This document shows positions 18,101 to 27,150 of a stretch of 64,000 nucleotides of DNA, one piece after another. Source of the stretch: Candidatus Hydrogenedentota bacterium (GTDB lineage: Bacteria > Hydrogenedentota > Hydrogenedentia > Hydrogenedentales > SLHB01). How positions within the stretch are numbered: the stretch's first letter is position 1; every line of letters begins with the position of its first letter. Below the pieces are notes generated by a model. That model saw only the letters and a list, made by a program, of their open reading frames with translations, did not search any database and had not been told where the DNA came from. The translations under genes were made by a program, and so were the position numbers. The stretch is taken from positions 47,101 to 111,100 of the forward strand of contig BTVY01000018.1 of assembly GCA_045863335.1 (NCBI GenBank), written 5' to 3'.

Positions 18101-21100
18101 GCGGGAAAGCACGATCAGTTTTCCTGCGCCGCGATCGGCAAGCCAGCCCGCCACTTCCAGTCCAAGGCCGCCCAGGCCGCCTGTAATCAGATACGCGCCG
18201 TCACGACGGCACTGAAAGCCGTTGGTAAAGGGCGTGGCCGCAATCGCGCCAGCCATTTGCAGGCGGGCCACGTACCGGGAGCCATTGCGGACGGCAATTT
18301 GATCATCGTTGCTCGGCGAGACAATTTCGCTACAGAGCGCGGAGATTTGTTCTTCGGCATCCAGACCTTCCAGGTCGATCATGCCGCCCCAGAAGTCAGC
18401 GTGTTCGATGGAGAGACAACGGCCAAAGCCCCAGAGCGGCGCGTGGACGGGGGGATGCGCGAGGTCCGCTTCCGCGACGAACTGAGCGCCGCTCGTCACG
18501 ATCCACAGTGCGCGCGACGCAGACGGACGGCCGTTTGCCCCCGATCGCGTTGCATGCAACGCTTTCGCCAGGTGCAACACGGATCGACAGCCCAACTCCT
18601 GGGCGCGATCCAGTGAATCGCTCGACACGTCGTCCGTTGTCGCGAGACTCCAGCAATGAATAATGCGGTCCGCCGCGTCGTGATAATCATTCAGCAATGC
18701 GTCGTAGCCGGCTTGCGCACCGGGGTCCAACTCGGCGCGAGTGGAATCGATCCGGCGATACGCGTCACCGCGCGCGACCCGCACGCAGGTATGGCCTTGC
18801 GATTCCAGTTGTGTCGCAAGCGCCTCGCCGACACCGGCTTCGTCCACGAATACCATGCAGCGCAGTTTTGATTGCGCGTCTTCGGCTGCGGTGAGCGGTT
18901 GTTGGATCCAGCGCAATTGATAGAGCCAGTCGCTGTGGCCGTTGAGCGAGGCGGCGCTTGGAGCGGGTGCTGCGGTTTTAGCCGTAACGGAAATCGTGGC
19001 GGGAGCCGCCGGCCGGTCACCTACGTCCAGCCAATGACGCTCGCGCTCGAAGGGGTACGTGGGAAGGTCCACACGAGAGCGCCGGTAGGGCGCGTCAAAC
19101 CCGCGCCAATCCAGCGGCACGCCGGAGACGAATAACTTCTGAACGCTGCCCAAAATGACCGGCCAGTCTTCCTTGCCTTTCGAAAGCGATGGCAACCACG
19201 TTGCCGAACCGCGCGGCAAACAGCGCACGCCCATTCCGGAGAGCACCGGCGCGGGTCCTGCTTCAAGGAACAGCGCGTAGCCCGCTTCGTGCAATGCGCG
19301 AATGCCGCCGTCGAACTGCACGGCCTGGCGCAGGTGCGCCCGCCAGTACGCCGCGTCAAACACGTCGCTTTCCGTGACGAGACGTCCGGTCAGATTCGAC
19401 ACCACGGGGATGCGCGGAGCACGATACGTGACGTGACGCGCCGCGGCCTCGAACTCGTCGAGCATAGGCTCCATCAGAGGCGAGTGAAAGGCGTGCGAGA
19501 CCGTCAACCGTTTGCACGAGACCTTTTGCGCTTCGAAGTGTTCGACGATGGCGTCGACCGCATCGGCCTCGCCGGAAATGACGGTGTTCTTCGGCCCGTT
19601 CGCCGCCGCGACGGATACGCGATCCGCGTACTCGCTTAATGCGGCGGACACGGATTCGTAATCCGTCAGCACCGCGACCATGGCGCCGCCTTCAGGCAAT
19701 GCCCCCATCAAGCGGGCGCGCTCTGCGATGAGGCGCAATCCGTCTTCCACGTCGAACACGCCCGCGACGCAGGCCGCGACGTATTCGCCGACGCTGTGGC
19801 CCATCACGGCATCCGGTTCGACACCCCAGGATCGCCACAATTCGGCCAGCGCGTACTCAATGGAGAACAATGCGGGTTGGGTGTAGGAGGTCTCGTCGAT
19901 GGGGGATTCCGCCCCATTCTCGGGGTACAACACGGAAAGCAAAGGAACTTCGCGGAGATCGCGCAGGATCGCATCGCAACGGTCGATAGCAGCGCGAAAG
20001 ACCGGCTGCGTCTCATACAAAGTGCGGCCCATGCCTGCGTACTGTGAGCCCTGGCCCGTGAACAACATGGCAAGCTTTGGCCGCTCGCTTGGGCGGACCG
20101 ATCCCGTTTCGATTCGATCGTTGGTTTCGCCAGCCTCGAATGCACGAAGCGCGTCGGCTACGTCTTCCGCCGTCGTGCCGCGCACGGCAAGCCGATGCTC
20201 GAACCGCGCACGCGCTGTACTGGCAGTGAAACACACATCGGCGAGTTGAAGGCCCCGCGCGCCCGCAAGCGTATCCGCATAGGAACGGGCCATCGCTTTG
20301 AGGGAAGGCTCGCTATGGGCAGACAAGGTCAGCACATGTTGTGGGCGCTCCACTTCGGATTGCGCTTCGGCCGGTATCGCTGCCGGCGCTTCCTCGACGA
20401 TCGCGTGAGCGTTGGCTCCGCCGAATCCGAATGAACTGACTCCGGCGCGGTGCGGCCGTCCGCTTTTCTCCCACGCGGAACCCGTCGTCGGAATCTGAAT
20501 GGGCGTGCCGTCCAGTTCAATAAGCGGGTTGGTCTTGTTGAGATGAAGGTGTGGAACGATGGCGCCGTGGTGCAGCATCAGCGCGGTTTTGATCAGACCC
20601 GCCACGCCCGCGGCGGACTCGAGATGACCGATATTGGTCTTCGCGGAACCCAGCAACAGTGTGCGGTCCGCGTCCCGGCCTTCGAGCAGAACGGCCTTCA
20701 GCGAATCAACCTCGATGGGATCGCCGAGGGATGTGCCGGTGCCGTGGGCCTCGACATAGTCGACATCGGATGGCGTCAACCCCGCGTTCGCGAGCGCCTG
20801 GCGAATGACCGCCTGTTGCGCCAATCCGTTCGGCGCCGTCAACCCGTTGCTGCGGCCATCGTGATTGACGGCCGAACCGCGGAGCACCGCATAGATTCGA
20901 TCGCCGTCGGCCTGCGCCTCGGAAAGGCGCTTCAACACAACCACGCCGCAGCCCTCGCCGCGCACATACCCGTCGGCGCTGGCGTCGAAGGTCTTGCAGC
21001 GTCCGTCCGGCGACATCATGCGGGCGTGCGAAAAGATCATCTGCGTCTCGGGCGAGAGAATGACGTTCACGCCACCGGCCAGTGCTAAAGTACACTCTCC

Positions 21101-21952
21101 GGCGCGCAGACTCTGCACGGCCTGATGCACGGCTACCAACGACGACGAGCACGCGGTATCTATGGCAAAGCTCGGACCACGCAAATCGAGAAAATACGAG
21201 AGCCGGTTGGCCGCGAGGCTGTGGGCGTTGCCCGTTCCGGCATAGGCGTCAATCAACTCGGGATTGGAATTCTGCACCCGCGCGTAGTCGTTCGCGCTGA
21301 TACCCATGAACACGCCGGTCGCGCTTCCGCTCAGCGTGTCCGGCGCGATGTTCGCATTCTCGAGCGCTGCCCACGCGATTTCCAGAACGAGCCGCTGCTG
21401 GGGATCCATTCGCGCGGCTTCCCGGGGCGAGATGCCGAAGAAGTTCGCATCGAACAGATCCACCCGATCCAGGAACCCGCCCTTCGTCGTGTACATCTTG
21501 CCCGGCGTTCCGGGAGTCGGATCGTAGTAGGCGTCGTTGTCCCACCGGTCCGCAGGCACATCGGCCACGGCGTCAGCACCGTTCGTCAGTAAAGACCAGA
21601 ACTCGCCGGGACCGTCTGCGCCGGGAAACCGGCATCCGATCCCGACGATGGCAACCGGTTCGTTCGACGAGGGCAAGGCCGTGGGCGCAATCGCTGGGGC
21701 CGCTTCCGTATCCTCTGCCAGGTAGCCAGCCAGCGCGTCGATGGTCGGGTATTCCCACAACAGGGTGGGCGAAAGCTTCCGGCCGAGCCACTCTTCCATA
21801 TCGCCGGATAGCGTCACAGCCTCCCGCGACGAGATACCCAGGGTATCGAAGGACTCGTTGGGATCGATGCTTTCGCGGGCTACGCCGGTTTCGGCGGCGA
21901 GTTGAGAAAGGAGCCATTCCCGGATGGCCTGCTTCGTCTTCACGTGCCTCAT
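15152..21952 (-). CDS. Type I PKS: ACP-KS-AT-KR-ACP-sulfotransferase-thioesterase
   Basis: ACP LGISS; KS DTACSSS/HGTGT/NIGH; AT GHSVG and HAFH (malonyl type); KR GGLGGLG, HAAGVLED, YAAAN; ACP LGLDS; sulfotransferase PRCGSTLLRVMLAGH and LVDKSP; TE GWSFGG...D...GNH. Start taken at MRHVKTK after a GGAG RBS. Confidence 0.95.
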   Translation of the reverse strand: MRHVKTKQAIREWLLSQLAAETGVARESIDPNESFDTLGISSREAVTLSGDMEEWLGRKLSPTLLWEYPTIDALAGYLAEDTEAAPAIAPTALPSSNEPVAIVGIGCRFPGADGPGEFWSLLTNGADAVADVPADRWDNDAYYDPTPGTPGKMYTTKGGFLDRVDLFDANFFGISPREAARMDPQQRLVLEIAWAALENANIAPDTLSGSATGVFMGISANDYARVQNSNPELIDAYAGTGNAHSLAANRLSYFLDLRGPSFAIDTACSSSLVAVHQAVQSLRAGECTLALAGGVNVILSPETQMIFSHARMMSPDGRCKTFDASADGYVRGEGCGVVVLKRLSEAQADGDRIYAVLRGSAVNHDGRSNGLTAPNGLAQQAVIRQALANAGLTPSDVDYVEAHGTGTSLGDPIEVDSLKAVLLEGRDADRTLLLGSAKTNIGHLESAAGVAGLIKTALMLHHGAIVPHLHLNKTNPLIELDGTPIQIPTTGSAWEKSGRPHRAGVSSFGFGGANAHAIVEEAPAAIPAEAQSEVERPQHVLTLSAHSEPSLKAMARSYADTLAGARGLQLADVCFTASTARARFEHRLAVRGTTAEDVADALRAFEAGETNDRIETGSVRPSERPKLAMLFTGQGSQYAGMGRTLYETQPVFRAAIDRCDAILRDLREVPLLSVLYPENGAESPIDETSYTQPALFSIEYALAELWRSWGVEPDAVMGHSVGEYVAACVAGVFDVEDGLRLIAERARLMGALPEGGAMVAVLTDYESVSAALSEYADRVSVAAANGPKNTVISGEADAVDAIVEHFEAQKVSCKRLTVSHAFHSPLMEPMLDEFEAAARHVTYRAPRIPVVSNLTGRLVTESDVFDAAYWRAHLRQAVQFDGGIRALHEAGYALFLEAGPAPVLSGMGVRCLPRGSATWLPSLSKGKEDWPVILGSVQKLFVSGVPLDWRGFDAPYRRSRVDLPTYPFERERHWLDVGDRPAAPATISVTAKTAAPAPSAASLNGHSDWLYQLRWIQQPLTAAEDAQSKLRCMVFVDEAGVGEALATQLESQGHTCVRVARGDAYRRIDSTRAELDPGAQAGYDALLNDYHDAADRIIHCWSLATTDDVSSDSLDRAQELGCRSVLHLAKALHATRSGANGRPSASRALWIVTSGAQFVAEADLAHPPVHAPLWGFGRCLSIEHADFWGGMIDLEGLDAEEQISALCSEIVSPSNDDQIAVRNGSRYVARLQMAGAIAATPFTNGFQCRRDGAYLITGGLGGLGLEVAGWLADRGAGKLIVLSRTALPPKDTWDSVQSDSPESSRIAALRALEARGTEVLVASVDVGKDGDLTRFLEAYRRDEGLPICGVVHAAGVLEDHAVTQLDADALDRVLRPKVNGSWQLHHAFNGGGSGDLDFFILFSSAAAILGSPGQANYAAANAFLDGLAHYRRAKGQPALSINWGPWAEVGMAADARLGERLAHAGIKSIPPADGIAVLENLVLASPVQVGVMDTDWSVVGSRMSASSHGAALSELIPPPVESRTRASESPSPAADSADPKELEIYLRRELAKVLYRGEYTIPLDRNFIELGLDSIMMMEMMNSIERDLGLKLFPKEVFDRPTIQQLAPYLADEIANLAPTPIEAAVPAAPTGRAGVLTARRRLKTTVPAVKNKPVVFLLSGPRCGSTLLRVMLAGHPDLFCPPELHLLQFNSMREWSEDLGKSYLGEGLQRAFMEVDGLTAEESKAKLDQLIRENAPVERVYAMLQDKVAPRILVDKSPSYGSSIETLEHAERIFEGAKYIHLVRHPYSAIESFMRNRFERLMTEGETDSMALGEDVWSVMNANIRDFLSPLIKSKHHLVRYEDLVSDPEKTMKALCAFLEIPFDRAVLKPYEGKRMTDGVHSASAPVGDPNFMNHKDIDPALGTVWKRIRLPRRLGGYSRRVAAELGYSLPVEETLGSGGEPTVAQTVQHVIRVQPKGDHAPFFCAAPAGGIAYTYFNLPQYIGDETPFYALQDPSLNPTQEPYETMEDLAAEHVAAIRAIQPEGPYYVGGWSFGGAVAFEIAQQLTKAGHTVALLAIMDTEARVLTLRTQSWRERLKWSWNQLIMCFDVVRHTGPYIRDGIYLILPSALKKGRSGKNAPSAWEYVTWAWADAIRDLLLKRADIANVVTRDSRLMLIQQPSTRRAMKVLKANWKVLLKYIPESYSGKITLLRAEDQSVMHKLHEDPTLGWGEVADGGLEVITVPGNHAVMLIKPFIETVGATLKDCLERARAEYEPNPVPKDQSA

Positions 21953-22027
21953 GTCTCCAAAATATCTACTGCTGTGACGCAACGTCGGCACGGCTCGCCG
22001 GTGCGCGTCCTCGGTTGACGACTCAAT

Positions 22028-23821
22028 TTATCCGCGGGCGAGCAACTCCAGCGTGTTGTCGAGATACCGCGCCCGGTTCGCCTGCCGCTGGATCTTACCG
22101 CTACTGGTCTTGTCGATCGACTTGGGCGCGATCAGACAGACCTGGTGCACCCGCAGTTCATGGGTTTCGGCGACCGCTTTGCGGACGGCCGCGATCACGT
22201 CTTTGCCGTCGCTTCCTTCCGGCAACAGCGCCTCCGCCACGACGACCAGCTTTTCCGGACCGTCCGTGTCGACGGAGAATGCCGCGCAGCAGCCTTGGCG
22301 AATCGCTTCGTGACTCAACTCCATGGTCCGCTCAATGTCCTGGGGATAGTGATTGAGCCCGTCCACGATGATCATGTCTTTGATGCGGCCGGTCACGAAG
22401 ACGAACCCATTCTTCACAAACCCCAGGTCGCCCGTACGGAGGAAGGGTCCTTCTCCCGTATCGGCTAGCGTCGATCGGAACGTCTGTTCCGTATCCTCAG
22501 GCCGGTTCCAGTACCCGTCGGCTACCGTGGTTCCAGAGACCCAGATTTCGCCTACCGTGTCGGGCGAGCACTGTAACCGCGAATCCGGATCGACAATGAG
22601 GACGCGCGTGTCGTGGCTCGTGCGGCCAGAGCCAACCAGGGTGCGCACGTCGTCGCCCGGCGCTTTCGCCTCCACGACGCGGTGTTGTTCAAGTTCCGAC
22701 GCCACCACGGGAAGCAACATGGGCTCCAAACGTGCCGTCGTGGATACCATGAGCGTGGCTTCGGCCAACCCGTAGCCGGGGCACAGCACGTTCCACTTGA
22801 ACCCGCAGGGTTTGAAGGTTTCCGCGAATCGTTCCAGTGTATCGGGCCGGACCGGCTCCGCGCCGTTGCCCGCGCTTGCCCATCGGCTCAAGTCGAGGGT
22901 CGCGCGCTGCTCGGGCGTGATTTTGCGCACACAGAGGTCGTACGCGAAATTCGGCGCGCAACTGTGCGTTGCTTTGTATTTCGACATGGCGCGCAACCAC
23001 CGCAACGGCCGCTGCAAAAATGCCAGCGGCGACATGACGTAGCACGGGGCCTGGATGTAGACGGGCAGGAGCAGTCCCCAAATAAGGCCCATGTCATGAA
23101 AGGCTGGAAGCCACGTCACGAAACGGACGTCGTCCTGATCTTCCCAGTGATCGGCCATGTCGTACAGGTTGTAAAGCAGATTCCGGTGCGTGACCATGAC
23201 GCCCTTGGGATCGGCGGTCGATCCGGAGGTGTATTGCAGGAAGGCGATGGACCCGGAGTCGATTTCCGGCGCGACCCATTCCTTCGCCAAATCGTCCCCC
23301 ACGGTATCCGTGGCAAGCCAATCGAATTCGCCGAAATAGGGGTCAAAGCCGGCAAGGCCCTTGCAGATTTCGTACAAGCTGGATACGGTCAATGCCAGCG
23401 AGGTCCCCGCATCGCGCGCCACCACTTTCAAACGCGGCAGGCTGCGGTTCAGCCGGCCGGGATCGGGCGGGTAGACCGGCACCGCGATCACGCCGGCGTA
23501 CAGGCAGCCGAAGAACGCCGCGGTATAGTCCAGTCCCGGAGGATAGAGCATGAGTACGCGGTCGCCTGGCTGGCACCGCTGGCGCAACGCAACGGCAATT
23601 GCCCGCGCGCGGCGGTCGAGCTTGCCAAAGGTGTATCGTTCCCCTTCCTCTTCGCCATCTTCGAGATAGGTATAGGCGAGATGGTCGGGACGCTGAAGCG
23701 CGCGGTTTTGTAGAAGTTCCACCAAGGTACTGCCGTGGGCAGCCCAGTCAGCGGTGGTGGAATCCATAGTACTCGATTCTGCCGGCATCCGGACACGCTC
23801 CGCCCGGTATTGATGCGTCAT
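22028..23821 (-). CDS. Fatty acyl-AMP ligase (FAAL)
   Basis: FLQYTSGSTADPKG, WLPAFHDMGL, APNFAY, YGLAEATL, LRTGDLG, NHYPQDIE, KTSSGKIQR. Confidence 0.94.
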   Translation of the reverse strand: MTHQYRAERVRMPAESSTMDSTTADWAAHGSTLVELLQNRALQRPDHLAYTYLEDGEEEGERYTFGKLDRRARAIAVALRQRCQPGDRVLMLYPPGLDYTAAFFGCLYAGVIAVPVYPPDPGRLNRSLPRLKVVARDAGTSLALTVSSLYEICKGLAGFDPYFGEFDWLATDTVGDDLAKEWVAPEIDSGSIAFLQYTSGSTADPKGVMVTHRNLLYNLYDMADHWEDQDDVRFVTWLPAFHDMGLIWGLLLPVYIQAPCYVMSPLAFLQRPLRWLRAMSKYKATHSCAPNFAYDLCVRKITPEQRATLDLSRWASAGNGAEPVRPDTLERFAETFKPCGFKWNVLCPGYGLAEATLMVSTTARLEPMLLPVVASELEQHRVVEAKAPGDDVRTLVGSGRTSHDTRVLIVDPDSRLQCSPDTVGEIWVSGTTVADGYWNRPEDTEQTFRSTLADTGEGPFLRTGDLGFVKNGFVFVTGRIKDMIIVDGLNHYPQDIERTMELSHEAIRQGCCAAFSVDTDGPEKLVVVAEALLPEGSDGKDVIAAVRKAVAETHELRVHQVCLIAPKSIDKTSSGKIQRQANRARYLDNTLELLARG

Positions 23822-24240
23822 GAAAAAGTCTCCATACCCACATGAATTCGCCGCCTCAATGGCGCAGCCCTATTGGTTCAAACCGTTCATCCCAAACCAG
23901 CCCCGGTGAACGCTTTCTGTACTTGGACCAGCCTTGGGCTGCGGAGGTTACACGGCTTCGTTCCATCTGAAACGGTGACAGCAGGTTGTGTAACTTACCA
24001 TCGCCGGGAAACACGCTCGGCAAGGCGCAATCGCGTGAAGTCGCCCGGCCTGCTCACAACTATTTATGAGCGCAGTACTTCCATCGTTTGAGATAAGCTG
24101 AGAGGATACCAGTTCCCCGCATTGCAATACAAACACCAGGCGGCGCGCGCCAGATTCCGGATTCGATTGTTATCGGTGCGCATTGAATCGCGGTAGTACG
24201 CGTGCATCGTTTCCCGCGAAAAAACTGAAGGAGCTTTGTT

Positions 24241-25023
24241 ATGGAGATTCCCGTCTACCAGGTCGATGCGTTTACCTCAGTCCCCTTCCGCGGAAATCCT
24301 GCGGCGATATGCCCCCTGGACGAATGGATCGACGACGCGCTTTTGCAGCGCATCGCGGCCGAAAACAACCTTTCAGAAACCGCCTACATTGTGCAGACCG
24401 GGGACGGGTACGAGTTGCGCTGGTTCACCCCTACCACGGAAGTGGATCTCTGCGGCCACGCCACGCTCGCGTCGGCCCACGTGTTGTTCTCGGAACTGGG
24501 CCACGAGGCGCGGGAGATCGCGTTCGAGACCAAGAGCGGACGTCTCGTCGTGAAGCAAAGCGATGGACACTACGCGATGGATTTCCCCAGCCGTAAGGCA
24601 GAGCCGTTTGTAGCGCGGCAAGAGGTCCTTCAAGCGGTCGGCGTGGATGCGGAGGAAGTCCTGGCGTTTCGCAATCTCATCATGATCGTGACCAGCGAGG
24701 ATCAGGTTCGCGCGGCGAAACCAGACTTCGGACTGTTGAAACGTCAGGATATCTTCGCCGCCATGGTCACGGCCAAGGGATCGGACTGCGACTTCGTATC
24801 CCGATTCTTCGCCCCGGCGCAAAGCATCGACGAGGACCCCGTCACCGGAGCGGCCCACTGTACGTTGACCCCCTACTGGGCGGAAAAGCTCGGAAAGAAG
24901 ACGCTCTTCGCGCGGCAGGTGTCCAATCGAAGCGGCGAAATCTGGTGCGAAGATCGCGGCGAGCGGGTCATGCTCGGCGGCGCAGCCGTCACCGTGCTAA
25001 AGGGAACGATTTACACGGGATAA
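24241..25023 (+). CDS. PhzF family isomerase
   Basis: VDAFT..PFRGNPA, NLSETA, LRWFTP..EVDLCGHATLA, EDPVTG. Confidence 0.94.
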   Translation: MEIPVYQVDAFTSVPFRGNPAAICPLDEWIDDALLQRIAAENNLSETAYIVQTGDGYELRWFTPTTEVDLCGHATLASAHVLFSELGHEAREIAFETKSGRLVVKQSDGHYAMDFPSRKAEPFVARQEVLQAVGVDAEEVLAFRNLIMIVTSEDQVRAAKPDFGLLKRQDIFAAMVTAKGSDCDFVSRFFAPAQSIDEDPVTGAAHCTLTPYWAEKLGKKTLFARQVSNRSGEIWCEDRGERVMLGGAAVTVLKGTIYTG

Positions 25024-25057
25024 GCGCCGCGCAGCACATCCCAGGCGGAAAAAATTC

Positions 25058-25117
25058 GTCCGTTCTAGTCTGTGTCGGTCCGTGTCCGTCAGTGCCGGTC
25101 CGTGCGGGTCCGTGTCG
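25058..25117. repeat. 10-bp tandem repeat (GTCCGTGTCG-like), 6 units
   Basis: GTCCGTTCTA GTCTGTGTCG GTCCGTGTCC GTCAGTGCCG GTCCGTGCGG GTCCGTGTCG, between convergent genes. Confidence 0.8.
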
Positions 25118-25119
25118 CC

Positions 25120-25794
25120 CTACCCAAACGACGCCCGCAACCGCTCCCACGCCGCATCGTCGGCGCAGACCTCAGGGATTCCGATATCCGCCACGACGAC
25201 CCTACCGAGGTATTCCTCGGCGGCGGAATTCTCGAAGCCCTTTTTGGGAAACTGAAACGTCACGGTCGTCATCGCGTGAACACAACAGCCGCCGATCTCG
25301 CCCGTATCGGCATTCAGCCCCGAGGGTAAATCGACGGCAATGGTCTTCACTGCGGGCCAGGACTGGATTGCCGTTTTGAAAGGCTCGCGAACTTCCCCTT
25401 TAACGCCCGTACCCAACATGGCATCCACGAGGTATGCGCAATCGGCGAGGTTTTCCAGGGCCGCGACGACAGCGCGCGGCTGCACCGCCACGCGCACAAA
25501 ACCGCCCAGGCGGCGGTAGGCATCCAGAAAGGTCCGCGCATCCCCCTTGACGTCTTCGGGATCGCTCAACATCACCACCCGCGTGTCGAACCCAGCCAGC
25601 AACGCCAATCGCGCCACGACATACCCATCGCCGCCGTTGTTACCCTTGCCACAGACAACGCCGACCGGCCCCTTGTCGATCTCGCGGAACACGGCGGCTC
25701 CAGCGTTGTTCATTAACACCGCCCCGGGAATCCCGAGGTCTTCAATACAGCGGCGGTCGGCCTCGCGCATCTGTTTGGCCGTCAAGGCGCGCAA
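25120..25794 (-). CDS. nnrE: NAD(P)H-hydrate epimerase (YjeF_N only)
   Basis: CGKGNNGGDG, VDAMLGTG, AVDLPSG motifs; TTG start with AGGAGG RBS. Confidence 0.9.
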   Translation of the reverse strand: MRALTAKQMREADRRCIEDLGIPGAVLMNNAGAAVFREIDKGPVGVVCGKGNNGGDGYVVARLALLAGFDTRVVMLSDPEDVKGDARTFLDAYRRLGGFVRVAVQPRAVVAALENLADCAYLVDAMLGTGVKGEVREPFKTAIQSWPAVKTIAVDLPSGLNADTGEIGGCCVHAMTTVTFQFPKKGFENSAAEEYLGRVVVADIGIPEVCADDAAWERLRASFG

Positions 25795-25881
25795 CGTTCT
25801 GCCCTCCTGGGCGTCCGGCGACGCCCCGTTCCACCGTACACCCCATTGATTTGCGCGCGCAAGGCTCATTACGCTGAAGGC

Positions 25882-26748
25882 ATGGAAAGGTTGTCCACCA
25901 TGTTGCTTCGCCGGAGAAACTGCGGCTGGCTCTGCCTCGCCGTTTTCATCTCGGCATTGACGGGCTGCGCCCATACGGCGGACTCGTCCGCAGCGCCCGA
26001 TACGGCTGCGGCCGCGGCGGAACCGGTCTCGGAGCTGTCGCGGTTGGAGTCGGCGACTCAGACCTCACCGGACGATGCGGAGGCGCACTACGATCTCGGC
26101 AACGCCTACTTCGATCTCGGGCGATTTCTGGAAGCGGCGCAAGCGTACCGCCGGGCCATCGAGCTGCGGCCCGATTACGCTGCCGCGTACTGCAACCTCG
26201 GTCTGACGCAACGGCGGACGGGACACGTCCGCGATGCGGTCGAGTCCTACCACACCGCGCTGCAATACGACCCCGACGACGCCACGACGATACGCAATCT
26301 CGTCGCGGCCTTGCGCGAAACAGGGGATCTGGAGTCGGCGGCGGCCCAACTCGCGCGGCTCGCCGAACTCGAACCCGAGGACGTGCTCGTCTGGTCCCAG
26401 TACGGCAACCTCCAGTTTCAGCTCGGGCACTTCGAGGAAGCCGCCGACGCCTTTATGCATGTCATCGAACTCGACCCCGGCATGTCGAGCGACTACTACA
26501 ACCTGGGACTGTGCTACCTGGAACTCGAGAAATACGACTCCGCCCTGACCACCTGGCTTACCGCCCTCGCCTACAACCCCGACAACGCCTCCGCCCGCAA
26601 AGGCCTCGCCGTCGCCTACTGGCGCCGCGGCGACTACGAACAAGCCTGGAAAGCCGTCGTCGACTGCCAGACCCGCGGCATCCCCCTCGACCCCCTCTTC
26701 ATCGAACAATTGCAGCAGGACTCCGGGCAGGTCGGGCCGTCGCCGTGA
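25882..26748 (+). CDS. Tetratricopeptide repeat lipoprotein
   Basis: Lipobox LTGC; multiple TPRs (AEAHYDLGNAYFDLGRFLEAAQAYRRAIELRP). Confidence 0.9.
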   Translation: MERLSTMLLRRRNCGWLCLAVFISALTGCAHTADSSAAPDTAAAAAEPVSELSRLESATQTSPDDAEAHYDLGNAYFDLGRFLEAAQAYRRAIELRPDYAAAYCNLGLTQRRTGHVRDAVESYHTALQYDPDDATTIRNLVAALRETGDLESAAAQLARLAELEPEDVLVWSQYGNLQFQLGHFEEAADAFMHVIELDPGMSSDYYNLGLCYLELEKYDSALTTWLTALAYNPDNASARKGLAVAYWRRGDYEQAWKAVVDCQTRGIPLDPLFIEQLQQDSGQVGPSP

Positions 26749-26832
26749 CTAATGTGGACTCAATATCGTACTCAAGAATGCAAGGACGACTGGCTGCATG
26801 CGAGCAGTTGAGTGGAATACGGATGAACATCG

Positions 26833-27150
26833 CTACATACAAGATGCTGTCTGGAGGAAACCGATAAATCGATCAATCTCTCTGCCAAGAGGATCATCAT
26901 CTGGCTCTTGCGTATCAAGGAACGCAAATACTTCATGCCAGCTATGGTCCCGGTTCGAATCCAAGGGAAATCTCCGCAGATCTGGAACTTTGGCAAACTG
27001 GGCAACAAAATATGGTGGTATAGTCAACATTTGCCCTACGGACTTGTTCAAATAATCGACAGACAGACCCTGCGGATTCAAAAAAACAACATCGCCCCAA
27101 ATCTTGTAATTCTCCGCGTCGCGATAGAGATACTCGAATCTGATATTCAT
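26833..27150 (-). CDS. Hypothetical protein coupled to the HNH nuclease
   Basis: 105-aa ORF with an ATGA overlap with the HNH gene stop; YRDAENYK and DHSWHE motifs. Confidence 0.7.
   Translation of the reverse strand: MNIRFEYLYRDAENYKIWGDVVFLNPQGLSVDYLNKSVGQMLTIPPYFVAQFAKVPDLRRFPLDSNRDHSWHEVFAFLDTQEPDDDPLGREIDRFIGFLQTASCM

Noticed and set aside
15152-21991. Calling the PKS ols or curM
   Set aside because: The FAAL is a separate gene and the TE appears to be a different type, so the product cannot be assumed.
24241-25023. Phenazine biosynthesis
   Set aside because: Lone PhzF-family gene with no other phz genes; no evidence that it belongs to the PKS cluster.
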